Shown in pieces: positions 29,801-42,577 of a stretch of 64,000 bases of DNA. Position 1 is the first letter of the stretch, and every line of letters begins with the position of its first letter. Both the position numbers and the translations under genes were made by a program. Source of the stretch: Lysobacterales bacterium (GTDB lineage Bacteria; Pseudomonadota; Gammaproteobacteria; Xanthomonadales; Xanthomonadaceae); NCBI GenBank assembly GCA_038234715.1, contig JBBQTD010000002.1, forward strand, positions 107,322-171,321, written 5' to 3'. Under the pieces are notes generated by a model, which saw only the letters and a program-made list of their open reading frames with translations, did not search any database and was not told where the DNA came from.

Positions 29801-31922
29801 TCTGCAACAGATACTTGCAATAGCCGCGCAGCATCGCGACTTCACGCCACGTCAGGCGAGCGGTCAACAACAGGCGGTTGAAACCATCGCTTTCGGCAGC
29901 GCCGGCCCAGATGTGTTCGAACGCTTCCTCGAACGCGTGCCCGACTGCGGCGATATCGACATCGACCGTGGTCTGCACCTCGAAGTCCTGGATGTTGATC
30001 GTCGGGCTGCCGGGCCGGGCATCGCCAAGCTCGATTTCGTAGGGGTGTTCGGCAAGCACGCGCAGGCCCAGGTTTTCCATCATCGGCAGCGCATCGGACA
30101 GGTGGATCGCATCGCCGGCGCGCAACAGCTTGAAGCGCAGCGATGCGGGATCGGAGGGGTCGCGGTAGAGGCGCTGTTCGAGATCGAACGAACCCTTCAG
30201 GCGCTCGATCTGGCGCAGGTCCGCGACCGCGCCGGCGGGGGTCACGGCTTCCACGTAACTCGCCGACAGCTTCGGCAGGTAACGCGATGCGAGGTGGCCG
30301 CCGGCTTCGTCGCCATGCGCCGCGATCAATTCGTCGCGCAACTCATCGCGCCAGTTGCGCACGATTCCGGCGATTTGCGTTTCGAGGTCGGCGAGATCCA
30401 CATGGACGTCAGTGCCGGCCTTCGGACGCACGATCATGTGCAGTTGCGCGAGCGGCGATTCGCCGACCTGGATCGTCGTGTCAACCCTCTCGCCCTGCAA
30501 TGCGCTGGTCAGCAACGTCTCAAGGCGGCGGCGTGCATCGGTATTGAAACGATCGCGCGGGATATACACCAGCGCGGAGAAGAACCGACCATACCGGTCG
30601 CGACGCAGGAACAGCTTGCTGCGGCCGCGATCCTGCAGGCCAAGGATGCCCAGGCTGGTCTGCAGCAACTGTTCGGTGCTGGACTGGAAGAGTTCATCGC
30701 GCGGCAACGTCTCGATGATGTGCCGCAGCGCCTTGCCATTGTGGCTGCCGGGACCGAACCCCGAGCGCTCCATCACCTGTTCGTGGCGCTCGCGCACGAT
30801 CGGGATCTCCCATGGGCGGCGGTTGTAGGCGCTGGATGTGTACAGCCCCAGGAAGCGCTGCTCGGTGACCGCCTTGCCATTCGCGTCGTACACAAGCACG
30901 CCGATGTAGTCCATGTAGCCCGCGCGATGCACTGTCGCGCGCGAATTGGTCTTGGTCAGGATCAGCGGCTCGGTCGCGCCTTCTGGCTGCTTCGCCGCAA
31001 GACCCACGGTCGAACGTGGCGCAGTATTGCGCAGGTCGCCACGCAACAGACCAAGGCCGGTGCTCTCGACCGCAACCAGCACTTCGGCCTTGCCTTGCTT
31101 GACAACCTTGTATTCGCGGTAGCCGAGGAAGGTGAAGTGATTGTCCGCCGCCCAGCGCAGAAACGCCTCGATTTCCTCGCGCTCCTCCGTATCGACTGGC
31201 AATGGGCGCTTCGGCAACTCATTGGCGATCTGCACCATCTTGTCGCGCATCGCCGACCAGTCCTCGACACTCGAGCGCACATCCGCCAGCACCGAAACGA
31301 CTTTCGCGTGCATCTGCTTGAGCGCGTCGGCGTCGCCCTGGCGATCCACTTCAAGATGAATGATCGACTCAGGCCGACCCTCGCCCACGCCAGCAAGCCT
31401 GCCACGACCATCGCGCGTGACCGATGGCACCGGATGCATCAGGTTGTGCATGTCCAGGCCAGCCTGGCTCATCGCCAGGGTCACGCTGTCGACGAGGAAC
31501 GGCATGTCGTCGTTGACGATTTCGATCGCGGTATGGGTTGACGACCAACCGTCCTTCGCGCCGTCGGGGTTGAACACCCGCACGACCGGGGTGCCTGCCT
31601 TGCGCGTCTGCAGCAACGCGTAAAGTCCTTGCGCGATCGCGAGCCAATCGGACGCGGAACGCGCGGCAAGATCGTCGGCGGCCACCCGGTCGAACAGGCG
31701 CTCGGCGAACGCGCGATAGCTGGCGTCCTTGCCCATCGGTCCGCGCATGATCGCGGCGAGCAGGTCGCCGGCGTTGGCGGGAGTCGACACGGCTTGCTTC
31801 ACGGCGGCCTTCGGAGCGACAGCTTTCGAAGCGGAGGACTTGGCGGCAGCTTTCGAAGCCGGCGATTGACTCTTGTTGGATGCCGGCGCGGCAACGGCAG
31901 GCTTTTTCACGGGCTTTTTCAC
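26871..31922 (-). CDS. gdhB: Large NAD-specific glutamate dehydrogenase (GdhB type, about 180 kDa)
   Basis: 1683 aa with signature [39 protein letters not shown]. The track start at 31922 is GTG. The first roughly 50 residues form a Lys/Ala/Ser-rich extension; an alternative ATG lies near residue 59. Confidence 0.9.
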   Translation of the reverse strand: [1683 protein letters not shown]

Positions 31923-32062
31923 GCGAGGTCTTCAGGTGCGGACGAGATCGCGAGTTTACCGGCTGGGGGTTGTGCGGGCCAGCTTGGGTGGGTCTTGACG
32001 AATGCAGAAACCCAAGGCTGAGCGGCACAGAGTTCGTCAGGCCGTCCGCTCGCGCAAAGTTG

Positions 32063-32154
32063 CTACCCCTCTCCAGACCTCCCCTTCGCGATGCGAAAGG
32101 GAGGCAGCCCATTGCGGCAATCTGATTCCCTCCTTTTCGCAGCGCGAAGGGTGA
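32063..32154. repeat. About 92-bp GC-rich double-hairpin element, left copy flanking DUF559
   Basis: ctacccctctccagacctccccttcgcgatgcgaaagggaggcagc...ctgattccctccttttcgcagcgcgaagggtga. It aligns with 32568-32658 in the same orientation at roughly 80 percent identity (estimated by eye). Confidence 0.8.
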
Positions 32155-32201
32155 TGAGCCGCGATGATGCGGAGAAGAACGCCCGGAAGGGCCGGAGAGG
32201 G

Positions 32202-32564
32202 TCAGGGAGAGGTTGAGCGAGGGGCAAAATCTCTTGTCAACTCGCGAAGAATATCGGCCAGCACCCCTGAAGTGCTCTGCACTACATCGTGGTTCCAGTA
32301 GCGCGACACGCGGTATCCAGGCAGTTCAAGCTTTGACGTGCGGACCGCATCGTACTCACGTTGTTCGGAATGCTGTCCACCATCCAGTTCAATGATGAAC
32401 TTTGCCTGCTGACAAACGAAATCGGCAATGTATCCGGCAATTGGAACCTGCCGACGAAAGCGGAATCCTTCGAGCTGTCTGGCGCGAAGATGAGTCCACA
32501 GCAAACGCTCAGCGTCGGTACTTGCGTTGCGAAGTTGTCGGGCGCGTTCTCGCAGTTCGTCCAA
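32202..32564 (-). CDS. DUF559 endonuclease-domain protein (Vsr-like fold)
   Basis: ARQLRNASTDAERLLWTHLRARQLEGFRFRRQVPIAGYIADFVCQQAKFIIELDGGQH is the classic DUF559 pattern. The start codon at 32564 is TTG. Confidence 0.8.
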   Translation of the reverse strand: MDELRERARQLRNASTDAERLLWTHLRARQLEGFRFRRQVPIAGYIADFVCQQAKFIIELDGGQHSEQREYDAVRTSKLELPGYRVSRYWNHDVVQSTSGVLADILRELTRDFAPRSTSP

Positions 32565-32567
32565 AGC

Positions 32568-32658
32568 CGACCCCTCCCCAACCCTCCCCTTCGCTACGCG
32601 AAAGGGAGGGAGCTACCACGACCTCCTGATTCCCACCCTTTCGCATAGCGAAGGGGAG
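32568..32658. repeat. About 92-bp GC-rich double-hairpin element, right copy flanking DUF559
   Basis: cgacccctccccaaccctccccttcgctacgcgaaagggagggagc...ctgattcccaccctttcgcatagcgaaggggag. Direct repeat of 32063-32154. Confidence 0.8.
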
Positions 32659-32706
32659 GGCCAGGGATGGGTGCAATTGAGCGCCAGGCGCGCTGCGAAA
32701 GGCAAG

Positions 32707-33867
<1,161 letters not shown>

Positions 33868-34168
33868 GGCGTCGCTCCGGTCTGCAAGAGGAGCATTTTA
33901 GCGGCAGACACCCGCCAAAGCGAACGGAAGGGTCCGGATCGCCGGGTGGCAGGATCCGTACCTGGCCTGGCAGGAGTTTCAGGCCGCGCTATTGCATCGC
34001 CAACGAGCGTCGAGACGACAGCAGAGCCGGCCTCGGCCATTCTTCACGCGGACTGATCAACCGATCGCCACGAGACCATTCGCCGCGGCATTGCCTCGGC
34101 GCGATCCGGCTGCGCATCCAGCACTGCGCACTCCATGTCGTGGCGCGGGCGCAGGGTGCCTTACCAAC

Positions 34169-34546
34169 GCCGCTGTGCTACCCAGTCCGGCTGCGATCGA
34201 TCCAACGAAGGCCGCTGCGTTATCCAACACAGCCGCGATGTGTCCCACCAAAGCCGCTGCGTTGTCCATCACGGCCGCGATGTGTCCGACCAAAGCCGCT
34301 GCGTTGTCCAACACAGCCGCGATGTGACACATCAAAGCCGTTGCGTTATCCATCACCGCCGCGATGTGTTCCAGCAAAGCCGCTGCGTTATCCATCACCG
34401 CCGCGATGTGTTCCCCCAAAGCCGCTGCGTTATCCATCACAGCCGCGATGTGTTCCACCAAAGCCGCTGCGTTATCCATCACAGCCGTGATGTGTCCGAC
34501 CAAAGCCGCTGCGTTGTCCATCACAGCCGCGATGTATGCCGCGAAA
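34169..34546. repeat. 42-bp x 9 tandem array (each unit is a diverged 21-bp dimer)
   Basis: Units begin at 34169, 34211, 34253, 34295, 34337, 34379, 34421, 34463 and 34505. The consensus is gccgctgcgttatccatcacagccgcgatgtgttccaccaaa. There are no spacers. Confidence 0.95.
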
Positions 34547-34757
34547 GCTGCCCGGACGCCGAACCTCGCCGCCGTTTGGCGAGTAAATACACGTTGTATT
34601 CACCACACCACGACCGGCTGCAACTGCTCGCCGCGTGGTGCACGGGGAAATTCCAGTGGCGAACCGTACTGCGCATGCGCGTCCGGCTTCCCCGGGATTT
34701 CCGGTCTGGAAGTGCGGCAAAACAGTCTCGATTTCGCGCTCGAATCCCGGCGCAACC

Positions 34758-34818
34758 TTGACCCGGTGCCGGCATGGCCCTAACCTTGCTATATCTCTGA
34801 ATCAAGATACAAGGATAT
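34758..34818 (+). promoter_or_regulatory. Candidate sahR promoter (TTGACC-N17-TAACCT) plus AT-rich imperfect palindrome ATATC-N18-GATAT
   Basis: Hexamers at 34758-34763 and 34781-34786. The palindrome at 34791-34818 is 20/28 symmetric and overlaps the SD (AAGGA) just before the ATG at 34821. It is the only AT-rich patch in this gap. Confidence 0.4.
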
Positions 34819-34820
34819 TT

Positions 34821-35747
34821 ATGCATCTGGAGGACTGGTCCTCCTGTTTGCGCGTACTCGCCGACCCGACCCGGGTGCGCCTGCTCTCATTGCTCGAACG
34901 CGAGGAATTGACCGTCGCCGAACTCGCCTCGGTGACCCGGCTCGCGCAGCCGCGCGTGTCCACCCACCTGGCGCGCTTGAAGGAAGCATCGCTCGTCCAC
35001 GACCGGCGTGCCGGCGTATCGGCGTACTACCGTTTCAGCGACGACCTCGACGGCGCGGAAGCCGCGTTGTGGCGCGCATTGCGCGAAGGAACCGACGACC
35101 CTCTGCTGCGCCAGGACGCCGAACGCCTGCCAGCGGTGCTCGCGATGCGCGCAGCCGACCAGAACTGGGCCGATTCGGTCGCCGGCGACATGGAGCGGCA
35201 CTATTCCCCCGGCCGCACCTGGGAAGCGATGGCGCGCGCGACCCTGCCCCTGCTGGTCCCAGGCGACGTGCTCGACATCGCGTCCGGCGACGGCGTGCTT
35301 GCCGAACTGCTTGCCCCGCACGCAACCAGTTATGTGTGCGTGGATGCAAGCGAACGCGTGGTCGCGGCCGCGCGCGAGCGGCTCAGGCCGCATCGCAACG
35401 TGCGCGTCCTGGTCGGCGACATGCATGCGCTGAAGCTGCCCGAGGCAAGCTTCGACCTTGCGTTGCTGATGCAGGCGCTGACCTACTCCGAGCGCCCCGC
35501 GTCCGCGGTGGCCGAAGCCGCAAGACTGCTTCGCCCGGGCGGAAGGCTGGTGGTGACCAGTCTTGCGCGCCACGAACACCGCGAAGCGGTTGCGCCGTAC
35601 GGACACGCCAACCTGGGCTTCAGTGCACGCGAGCTGGTGAAGATGGCCGAGAAGGCCAGGCTGCGCGTTGCATCGTGCGAAGCGCTGACCCGCGAAAAAC
35701 GCGCGCCGCATTTTGAAGTCCTGTCCTTGCACGCGATGAAGCCTTGA
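34821..35747 (+). CDS. sahR: ArsR-type HTH fused to SAM-methyltransferase-like domain (SahR-like methionine-cycle regulator)
   Basis: [47 protein letters not shown] is an ArsR HTH, and [15 protein letters not shown] is SAM-binding motif I. The gene sits directly upstream of metH, as described for SahR. Confidence 0.7.
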   Translation: MHLEDWSSCLRVLADPTRVRLLSLLEREELTVAELASVTRLAQPRVSTHLARLKEASLVHDRRAGVSAYYRFSDDLDGAEAALWRALREGTDDPLLRQDAERLPAVLAMRAADQNWADSVAGDMERHYSPGRTWEAMARATLPLLVPGDVLDIASGDGVLAELLAPHATSYVCVDASERVVAAARERLRPHRNVRVLVGDMHALKLPEASFDLALLMQALTYSERPASAVAEAARLLRPGGRLVVTSLARHEHREAVAPYGHANLGFSARELVKMAEKARLRVASCEALTREKRAPHFEVLSLHAMKP

Positions 35748-35811
35748 AAGGCGATTCATCGCATCCATCGCGCGAGCCAGCATCCCAGCTGTTTCCAAGG
35801 GTCCACAAACC

Positions 35812-36908
35812 ATGACGACCAAACTGCCGTACAAGAATCCCGAACGCGTCGCCCGGCTCGAAGCCGACCTCGCCGCGCGCATCCTGATCATCGACGGCGC
35901 AATGGGCACGATGATCCAGCAGCACGAGCTGCACGAGGCGGATTTCCGCGGAGAACGCTTCGTCGACGGAATCGACAGCCAGCACGACTACGGCCCCGCC
36001 GGGCCGGCGAAAGCCAGCCACGATCTCAAGGGCAACAACGACCTGCTGACCCTCACCTGCCCCGACCTCATCGGTGGCGTGCATGCAGCGTACCTGGAAG
36101 CCGGCGCCGACCTGGTCGAGACCAACACGTTCAACAGCACATCGATCAGCCAGCTCGACTACGGCCTTGAGCACCTCGCGCACGAACTCAATGAGGAAGG
36201 TGCGCGGATCGCCCGCGCCTGCTGCGACGATGCCGAGGTTAAGGATCCATCGCGCCTGCGCTACGTGATCGGCGTGCTCGGCCCCACCAGCCGCACCGCC
36301 TCGCTGAGCCCCGACGTCAACGACCCGGGCTTTCGCAACATCGATTTCGAAACCCTCGCCGCGGCGTATCGCGATGCGGCCCACGGGCTGATCGCCGGCG
36401 GCGCCGACGTGCTGATGGTCGAGACCGTGTTCGACACGCTGAATGCAAAGGCCGCGTTGTTCGCGATCGACGATGTATTCGCCGAACTTGGGGTCCGCCT
36501 GCCGGTGATGGTTTCCGGCACGATCACCGACAAGTCCGGGCGCACGTTGTCCGGGCAGACCGCGGATGCGTTCTGGTATTCGCTGCGGCATGCGAAGCCG
36601 CTCGCGATCGGGCTCAATTGCGCGCTCGGCGCAAAGGATCTGCGCGCGTACGTGGACGTGCTGTCGGAAGTTGCCGACTGCCAGATCAGTTGCCATCCCA
36701 ATGCGGGACTCCCGAACGCGTTCGGCGGCTACGACGAAACGCCTGCCGACATGGCGCGGATGCTGCGCGAATTCGCCCAGTCCGGCCTGCTGAATTTGGT
36801 CGGCGGCTGCTGCGGCACCACGCCTGCGCACATCAACGCGATCGCCAACGCCGTCGCCGACCTGCCGCCGCGCGCGTTGCCTTCAACCCAAGACAAGGCG
36901 CAAGCCGC

Positions 36909-36912
<4 letters not shown>
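35812..36912 (+). CDS. metH: Methionine synthase, homocysteine-binding (S-methyltransferase) domain as a separate ORF
   Basis: [13 protein letters not shown] and the zinc ligands ...[11 protein letters not shown]. Its stop overlaps the next ATG (ATGA at 36909-36912). Confidence 0.9.
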
Positions 36913-39701
<2,789 letters not shown>

Positions 39702-39716
39702 CCGCTGGCCCCAGAC

Positions 39717-40388
39717 ATGACCGCGCATCCGACCAGCAACGCCGAATTCATCGAACAGCATGCCGGACCTGCGCGGATCGTGCTGTGCGGTGGACGCCAG
39801 CTCATCAACAAGCTGATCCGCAAGGCCCAGGGGCCCTTGACCGATGACGGGCACCGCGCCCTGTGGTCGCATGCTTTCGTGTTCAGCGAGCGGCGCATCG
39901 ATGGCCATTGGTGGGTGGTCGAATCGGACCTCGACATGCGTTATCGGCAGATTCGCCTGGGCCTGCAGGAAAATCGCATCGACCGCTATTTCGATGCCAC
40001 GGAATTCCCGAATATTGCGATCCTCGATTTCGGACTCGACGCACAGCAGACACGCAAGGTGCAACAGCGTGCGCTCGAGCTACTGGCCGGATTGTCGACC
40101 TATTCGCTGGCTGAACTGGTTGGAACCCTGCTGTCCCTGCACAGCAACCGCCTGCGCAGGCGCGAGAACCTGCTGTCGAAGGAAGGCGCGATGTATTGCT
40201 CGGCGATGGTGCAGGACTGCTACGCCGCCGCTGGCATCGCGTTCCAGCCGGGCATCCACGGCAAGAACATCGCACCGCACGACATCGAGAAGTCGCCTGT
40301 TGCGCACGCGACGCACCGCCTGGTGCGCGACCCGCATATGAAGGCGCGGCCACGAACCGGCTTCAGGTTGAAGAAGGCCAGCGACTGA
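39717..40388 (+). CDS. Permuted papain-like hydrolase (YiiX/YaeF C92-like), tentative
   Basis: A His in LWSHAFVFSE lies N-terminal to a Cys in GAMYCSAMVQDCY, the permuted NlpC/P60 order. Assigned by motif only. Confidence 0.5.
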   Translation: MTAHPTSNAEFIEQHAGPARIVLCGGRQLINKLIRKAQGPLTDDGHRALWSHAFVFSERRIDGHWWVVESDLDMRYRQIRLGLQENRIDRYFDATEFPNIAILDFGLDAQQTRKVQQRALELLAGLSTYSLAELVGTLLSLHSNRLRRRENLLSKEGAMYCSAMVQDCYAAAGIAFQPGIHGKNIAPHDIEKSPVAHATHRLVRDPHMKARPRTGFRLKKASD

Positions 40389-40448
40389 AATCCGTCGTTC
40401 CGGGATGATGCGCATCGCATGACCCAACCATGACGACGTGCCGGATGC

Positions 40449-41726
40449 TCAGAACACGAACATCCCGACCGCCGCGCCGAACATCACGACGGTGGTAACG
40501 CCGACGACCCAGCGCGTTGTGATCGAGCTTGTCTGTCCGTGCATGACACGCTTGTCGGTGGCGATCAGCAACAGCGCGACGAGCAGGAATGGCGCGAGCA
40601 GCCCATTGACGATCGCCGACCAGTACAACGCCTTGATCGGATCGACCTTGAACAGGTTCATTGCCGCACCGGAAACCGTTGCGAGGATGAACACGCAGTA
40701 GAACGAAATCGCGTTGTTGAATTTCTCGTCGAGCCCATAAGCCCAGTCGAACGTTTCGGCAAATGCATACGCCGCCGATCCGGCGAGCGTGGGAATCGCA
40801 AGCAGCCCGGTGCCGACCAGGCCAATGGTGTACAGGAAATAGGCGTAGTCGCCAGCCAGGGGACGCAGTGCCTCGGCGGCCTGGCGCGTGCTGTCGATCT
40901 TGACGATGCCGTGCGCGTGCAGGGTCAGCGCGGTGGTGAGGATGATGAAGAACATCACCACGTTCGAAAACAGCGTGCCTACGCCGATGTCGATGCGACG
41001 GTCCTGGAGTTCGCGGCGTGTCGCTCCGCGCCGACTGATCAGCATCTGCCGGCCCATCGCCTTTTCCTCCTCGACCTCCTGCCCTGCCTGCCAGTAGAAG
41101 AGGTACGGACTGATCGTCGTGCCGAGGATCGCGACGAGTGCGCCCCACGCAGCGCCGCTGTGCGGAAGCACCGGAACCACCGTGTCGTGCAGGACATGGA
41201 TCCAGTTCGGCTTGATCAGGAATGCGGCAATAACGTAAGCGAACAACGCCAGCGCAAGCCACTTCAGCACGTTCGCGATCTGGTGGTAGCGCAACCAGAT
41301 GGTGGCTGCGCAGATGCCAAGGCCGAGCACCCAGACCCAGACATGCGAAGAACCCGCACCGAGCATTTCGGTTGCGTCGGCCATTCCCGACAGGTCCGAC
41401 GCGATGTTGATCGTGTTGGCGATGAGCAGTGCGAGGGAAAACACCGCCACAATCCAGCGCGGAAATTTCTCGCGGAACGCGCCCGCCAACCCCATTCCGG
41501 TCACCATCCCGACGCGTGCGCACATCATCTGCACGCAACCCATCAGCGGCCAGGTTAGCCACGCCGCCCACAGGAACGAGGTTCCGAATTGCGCGCCGAC
41601 CACCGAATAAGTGGCGATGCCGGACGGATCGTCGTCGGCCGCGCCGGTGGTAACGCCCGGTCCCAATGCCCCAAACAGACGCCGGAGCATGCCTGGCTTT
41701 GCCGGCTTGCTGGCCGATTTCACCAC
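40449..41726 (-). CDS. Nramp-family divalent metal transporter
   Basis: GPGVTTGAADDDPSGIATYSVVGAQFG and 11-12 TM helices. The track start at 41726 is GTG. An ATG at 41690 (MLRRLFGALGPG) would avoid overlap with the upstream gene. Confidence 0.85.
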   Translation of the reverse strand: MVKSASKPAKPGMLRRLFGALGPGVTTGAADDDPSGIATYSVVGAQFGTSFLWAAWLTWPLMGCVQMMCARVGMVTGMGLAGAFREKFPRWIVAVFSLALLIANTINIASDLSGMADATEMLGAGSSHVWVWVLGLGICAATIWLRYHQIANVLKWLALALFAYVIAAFLIKPNWIHVLHDTVVPVLPHSGAAWGALVAILGTTISPYLFYWQAGQEVEEEKAMGRQMLISRRGATRRELQDRRIDIGVGTLFSNVVMFFIILTTALTLHAHGIVKIDSTRQAAEALRPLAGDYAYFLYTIGLVGTGLLAIPTLAGSAAYAFAETFDWAYGLDEKFNNAISFYCVFILATVSGAAMNLFKVDPIKALYWSAIVNGLLAPFLLVALLLIATDKRVMHGQTSSITTRWVVGVTTVVMFGAAVGMFVF

Positions 41727-42490
41727 ACCAGGTCGTCCGGGACGCGATACAGAGGATCGGCATAGGGATCGTCCGCTGCCGGCGCGGTCGGGTCGACCAG
41801 GAGTGCGAGCAGGCTGGGCAAGATGGCCTGCACATCGCGCGCGAGCGCAGCATCGACCAGCAGGTAGCGACCATCGAGCTGCACGACGCCAAGGTCGCCG
41901 GCGTTGAGCGACTTCAATTGGACATCGGTCACGTGAACGCGACGGATCTTGCCGTTGTACTCGAAGTGGCGCACGTGTTCGGCATCGGCCGCATTGAGCG
42001 TCTTGTCCTTGAGCAGCTCGGCGACCTTTGCCTTGGCTTCGCGCTTGATGCTTGCGGCCTCCTGCTTGAGTCGTTCGGCCTCGATACGTTCAGCCTTTTC
42101 GTTCTGCGCACGAATTGCATAGGCCTTGGCGAGATCGATCTCCTCGCGCGTACGTTGCGGCGGCGGCTCGCGGCGCGGTCGATCGGGGCGTACACCTGGC
42201 TCCGTGCGTGGATTCGGGGCGGCACTTGCAGGCGTATGGGACGGATTGCGCGTCTGGGTCGCTGGACGTTGCGCCGGCAGACGTTGCGGTGGATGCCGCT
42301 GGTTGGGATGGCGCGAAGCATCGTTCCGTTCGGGCCTGGACGCAGAGCGATCCCTCGCGTCACCCGCTCCCGGCCGCGACCGGCTGTGTTCGCGCGGATC
42401 CTTCATGTCATGTTGCCGCGGCTGTCGCGGCGGCTCGGGTGCCGGCTTGAAGCCCAGCCCAAGCAACAGGTCTTTCATGGAATTGCTCAT
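41720..42490 (-). CDS. DUF2058 (YaiL-like) protein
   Basis: N-terminal MSNSMKDLLLGLGF, an Arg/Pro-rich centre, and a C-terminal YNGKIRRVHVTDVQLKSLNAGDLGVV. Confidence 0.75.
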   Translation of the reverse strand: MSNSMKDLLLGLGFKPAPEPPRQPRQHDMKDPREHSRSRPGAGDARDRSASRPERNDASRHPNQRHPPQRLPAQRPATQTRNPSHTPASAAPNPRTEPGVRPDRPRREPPPQRTREEIDLAKAYAIRAQNEKAERIEAERLKQEAASIKREAKAKVAELLKDKTLNAADAEHVRHFEYNGKIRRVHVTDVQLKSLNAGDLGVVQLDGRYLLVDAALARDVQAILPSLLALLVDPTAPAADDPYADPLYRVPDDLVW

Positions 42491-42577
42491 GCTGGATCCC
42501 GACGGGGTGCGAAGCGGCTTCGTCAGATGCGAAGCCGGGTGGTTCGGCTGCCATGCGCGAACGCAGTTGCGATGGCA

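Noticed and set aside
27897-31541. Two plus-strand ORFs of 581 and 615 aa
   Set aside because: Antisense to the gdhB gene, with the same compositional artefact.
34057-34524. 155-aa minus-strand ORF (VMDNAAALVGHIAA)n as a CDS
   Set aside because: It is not called as a feature. It has no SD, several frames are open across the array, GC3 is low and the C-terminal tail is implausible. It is not fully excluded; see the finding on the 42-bp array.
34169-34546. CRISPR interpretation of the 42-bp and 21-bp arrays (also 50413-50873)
   Set aside because: The units abut directly with no unique spacers. The repeats are not palindromic in the CRISPR manner, and there are no cas genes in the window.
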